Below are positions 30,248 to 32,000 of a stretch of 32,000 bases of DNA, one piece after another; positions within the stretch are counted from its first letter, which is position 1; each line of letters starts with the position of its first letter. This DNA comes from Gemmata obscuriglobus (GTDB taxonomy: Bacteria; Planctomycetota; Planctomycetia; Gemmatales; Gemmataceae), in contig NZ_CP042911.1 of the NCBI RefSeq assembly GCF_008065095.1, positions 5,190,001-5,222,000 on the forward strand, given 5' to 3'. Below the pieces are notes generated by a model, which searched no databases, was not told the origin of the DNA, and was given only the letters and a program-made list of their open reading frames with translations. Position numbers and translations under genes: made by a program.

Positions 30248-30490
30248 CTTGAGCCTAGTCCTTGCCAAGCACCAAGTCCACCACTCGAAAGCCCCGGACG
30301 TGCGGACCGGAGCTGCGGCAGTGACCGAGCAACTGCTCGTCCTCGCACCCGACGTCTTGGAGCGCGTCGGCCAGGACCGGCATCGCGGAGAACTCCCGCG
30401 ACACATCCATCTGACGGGCCAGCGCCAGAGCCGTGCCCGATCACCATCGCTCGGAGAAACTCACCGCCACCTTCTCAAGGAAGACTTCGA

Positions 30491-31558
30491 TAGGACTTAC
30501 GTAGTTGACTTTTGGGTAAGTAGGTATGTAGGTGCGGCGAGGTAGGTTCGCACCGCTTCGCGCACGATGGCCGTCTTGGCCGCGAACCAACTGACGCCGG
30601 ACTTGAGCCGGTGCCACTCGAGCCGCAGGAACGCGCGGATCGCGAGCCCGATGTGGACCGCTTGGGCCCGGCTCATGCGCACCTGGCACCGGTCCACGTG
30701 GCAATGCTGCTTGAGGCCCCGGTGATACTCCTCGATGCCCCACGCGTGCCCGGCCAGAACCGCACGAGTGGCCTCGTCCATGTCGAGGTCGTTGGTGATC
30801 CAATGCTCCGTGCCCCCATCACCGGTGGCGATCCGGAACGCCTTCACCAATCCGAACCCCTCCAGGTGCACCACCGTACCGGCGGCCCCGATCGGGCACC
30901 CCTCGATGGCCCGATTGCCCGTGCGATCCGGGTTCACCCGCCGGTTGCTCCGCACCCGGGTCAGGAAGTGCCACCCCAGGGCCCGCACCGCCTTCAGGTT
31001 GTCCTTGCCCGAGTACCAGGTGTCGAACAGTACCACCCGGGGCGACAGGTCCCGTCCCTTGGCGACCGCCAGCATGGCTCGGAAGTGGTCGTTCTTGGTC
31101 TCGGCTCGGGCCGGGTCGGCGAGCCGGTAATCACACGGTACCAGGGCGGCCCCGTCGGTCCACAGCAGGGTCACCAGCCCGATCCCGCTCACCACCCGGC
31201 GGTGCCGCCCGGACCAGCACCGGCGCACCAGCCCCATGTGCCGGGCGAACGGCTTGTCCAGCACCGAGTCGTCGAGCACCACGGCACCGCCCGGGCGGAC
31301 CGACGACCGGGCTTCGTCCCACAACGCCGCTGGGTCCGGTTCCAGCCGGTGCAGCAGTCGGGTGAACGCATCATGCGCGGGCGCCGTCGGATGGTCCGGT
31401 TGGGCTCGCGCGGCTTCCGCGGCCGACGCCACCTTGGGGGTGGCGATCAGGAATTGGATGTAGTCCTCGGCGCTCGCACGTGGTGCGTTCATGGCCCGAT
31501 CATAGACCAACAACACACCATGCGCAAATCCTGCGCCAGCGCAACTGCGTAAGTCCTA
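30491..31558 (-). mobile_element. insertion sequence, 1068 bp, IS4/IS701-superfamily-like
   Basis: Terminal inverted repeats TAGGACTTACG(T/C)AGTTG at 30491..30507 and 31542..31558 (16/17). They are flanked by direct TTCGA repeats (30486..30490 and 31559..31563). The element carries a single transposase ORF and interrupts a cassette ORF. Confidence 0.8.
30497..31516 (-). CDS. DDE transposase (IS4/IS701-like)
   Basis: 339-aa track ORF (GTG start; ATG at 31492 is probably the real start). Candidate acidic/DDE-type blocks include VVLDDSVLDKP, VLFDTWYSG and WGIEEYHRGLKQ. The PAHDAFTRLL block reminds me of proteins annotated as IS701-family; family assignment is from memory. The stop lies inside the left IR. 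Confidence 0.75.
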   Translation of the reverse strand: MLLVYDRAMNAPRASAEDYIQFLIATPKVASAAEAARAQPDHPTAPAHDAFTRLLHRLEPDPAALWDEARSSVRPGGAVVLDDSVLDKPFARHMGLVRRCWSGRHRRVVSGIGLVTLLWTDGAALVPCDYRLADPARAETKNDHFRAMLAVAKGRDLSPRVVLFDTWYSGKDNLKAVRALGWHFLTRVRSNRRVNPDRTGNRAIEGCPIGAAGTVVHLEGFGLVKAFRIATGDGGTEHWITNDLDMDEATRAVLAGHAWGIEEYHRGLKQHCHVDRCQVRMSRAQAVHIGLAIRAFLRLEWHRLKSGVSWFAAKTAIVREAVRTYLAAPTYLLTQKSTT

Positions 31559-31959
31559 TTCGATCTCCGTGTCGCTGTTGTTGCCCACGAACTCCCCGAA
31601 CACCCCGCCCAGGAACGACCAGCCCCCACGGTCCATCAGCACTGCGAGTTTGTCGAACGGGATGCGGACCAGCCACTCCGGTTGCTGCCCCTGGGCTACG
31701 AAGTACTCACGGGCGACAGTCACCAAGTCGTCGATGCTCCGAACTCCGGGGTCGCAAGAGTCGGCGAGGTCGCCTTCGGGTAACTCCTGCTCCTGCCACC
31801 CCCACACACCGGAGTCGGAGGCGAATGCGTCGTGGAGGCCGTCAACCTCGTCGGACCACACTTCCGGCACGTCATGTTCGCGGTAGCTGAAGACGAACTT
31901 GGCTCGCCGGCCCGCAGTGCGGTTCTTACCGTCTCCCATCCGCTGCGTCCCCTCCGGTG

Positions 31960-32000
31960 GCCGAACGAACAGCTCACCTGCACCGCCATCACCGGATGAG
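31960..32000 (-). other. attC: attC recombination site (type A), truncated by the window end
   Basis: GCCGAAC-GAACAGCT-CACCTGCACCGCC-ATCACCGGATGAG... then runs off the window. Confidence 0.8.

Larger units (their letters stand above)
30255..31939 (-). pseudogene. cassette gene disrupted by an IS insertion and by an in-frame TGA
   Basis: ATG 31939 (GGAGGGG upstream) opens a 127-codon frame that ends at a TAG created by the IS end. After removing 30491..31558 and one TTCGA copy, the frame continues EIE|VFLEKVAVSFSERW to TGA 30441..30443. In the same frame it then reads SGTALALARQMDVSREFSAMPVLADALQDVGCEDEQLLGHCRSSGPHVRGFRVVDLVLGKD, stopping at 30255. That stretch is homologous to the C-terminus of 8216..8908. 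Confidence 0.65.
1..32000 (-). other. Integron-type gene cassette array (interior segment; no integrase in window)
   Basis: 62 co-oriented attC-like sites delimit 61 complete cassettes. Every credible ORF is on the - strand, one per cassette. See the individual entries. Confidence 0.8.

Noticed and set aside
29962-30447. Track ORFs 29962..30447 and 30212..30406 over the region downstream of the IS.
   Set aside because: They are the wrong frames. The frame with homology to the C-terminus of 8216..8908 is the third one (30255..30440), which falls below the track's length cut-off when counted from its first ATG.
30497-31516. The transposase as the recombinase responsible for the array, an integrase candidate.
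   Set aside because: It is a DDE-type transposase bounded by its own inverted repeats and a target duplication, not a tyrosine recombinase. It sits inside a cassette ORF as a secondary insertion.
1-32000. The regularly spaced ~91-bp repeats could be read as a CRISPR array.
   Set aside because: The repeats are 90-92 bp imperfect palindromes with integron core and inverse-core boxes. The 'spacers' are 196-1712 bp and mostly contain a complete ORF with its own RBS. No cas genes are present. The integron attC interpretation fits every detail.

Overview
This GC-rich window is one integron-style gene-cassette array from end to end. I count 62 co-oriented attC-like imperfect palindromes of about 91 bp. 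Fifty-eight are near-identical 'type A' sites (the last is cut by the window edge) and 4 belong to three divergent types. They delimit 61 complete cassettes plus a partial one at the left edge. Box layout, an unpaired T in one arm and unequal spacers make the + strand the folding (bottom) strand and the - strand the coding strand. Consistent with that, every credible ORF lies on the - strand, one per cassette. Most have a GGAGG/GAGGG Shine-Dalgarno a few nt after the preceding site, and many stop inside the next site. Cargo breaks down as follows. (1) 40 ORF-bearing cassettes: six SMI1/KNR4 (SUKH), one barstar-like, one YrhB/Imm35-like, two identical bS21-like, one zinc-ribbon plus L7/L12-C-like, three copies of a 151-aa ORF, several small secreted or membrane proteins, and many hypotheticals. 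(2) 17 ORF-less cassettes of a single internally repetitive, strand-asymmetric family, here called 'R'. (3) 4 short ORF-less cassettes that are mostly long hairpins and carry divergent 'double-armed' attC sites. One cassette gene is a pseudogene, broken by a 1068-bp IS with a 5-bp target duplication and by an in-frame TGA. I found no integrase, rRNA, tRNA or CRISPR array. All + strand track ORFs, and all track ORFs that run across an attC, are judged artefacts of high GC plus one open frame through the attC. Family assignments come from remembered motifs, not searches.
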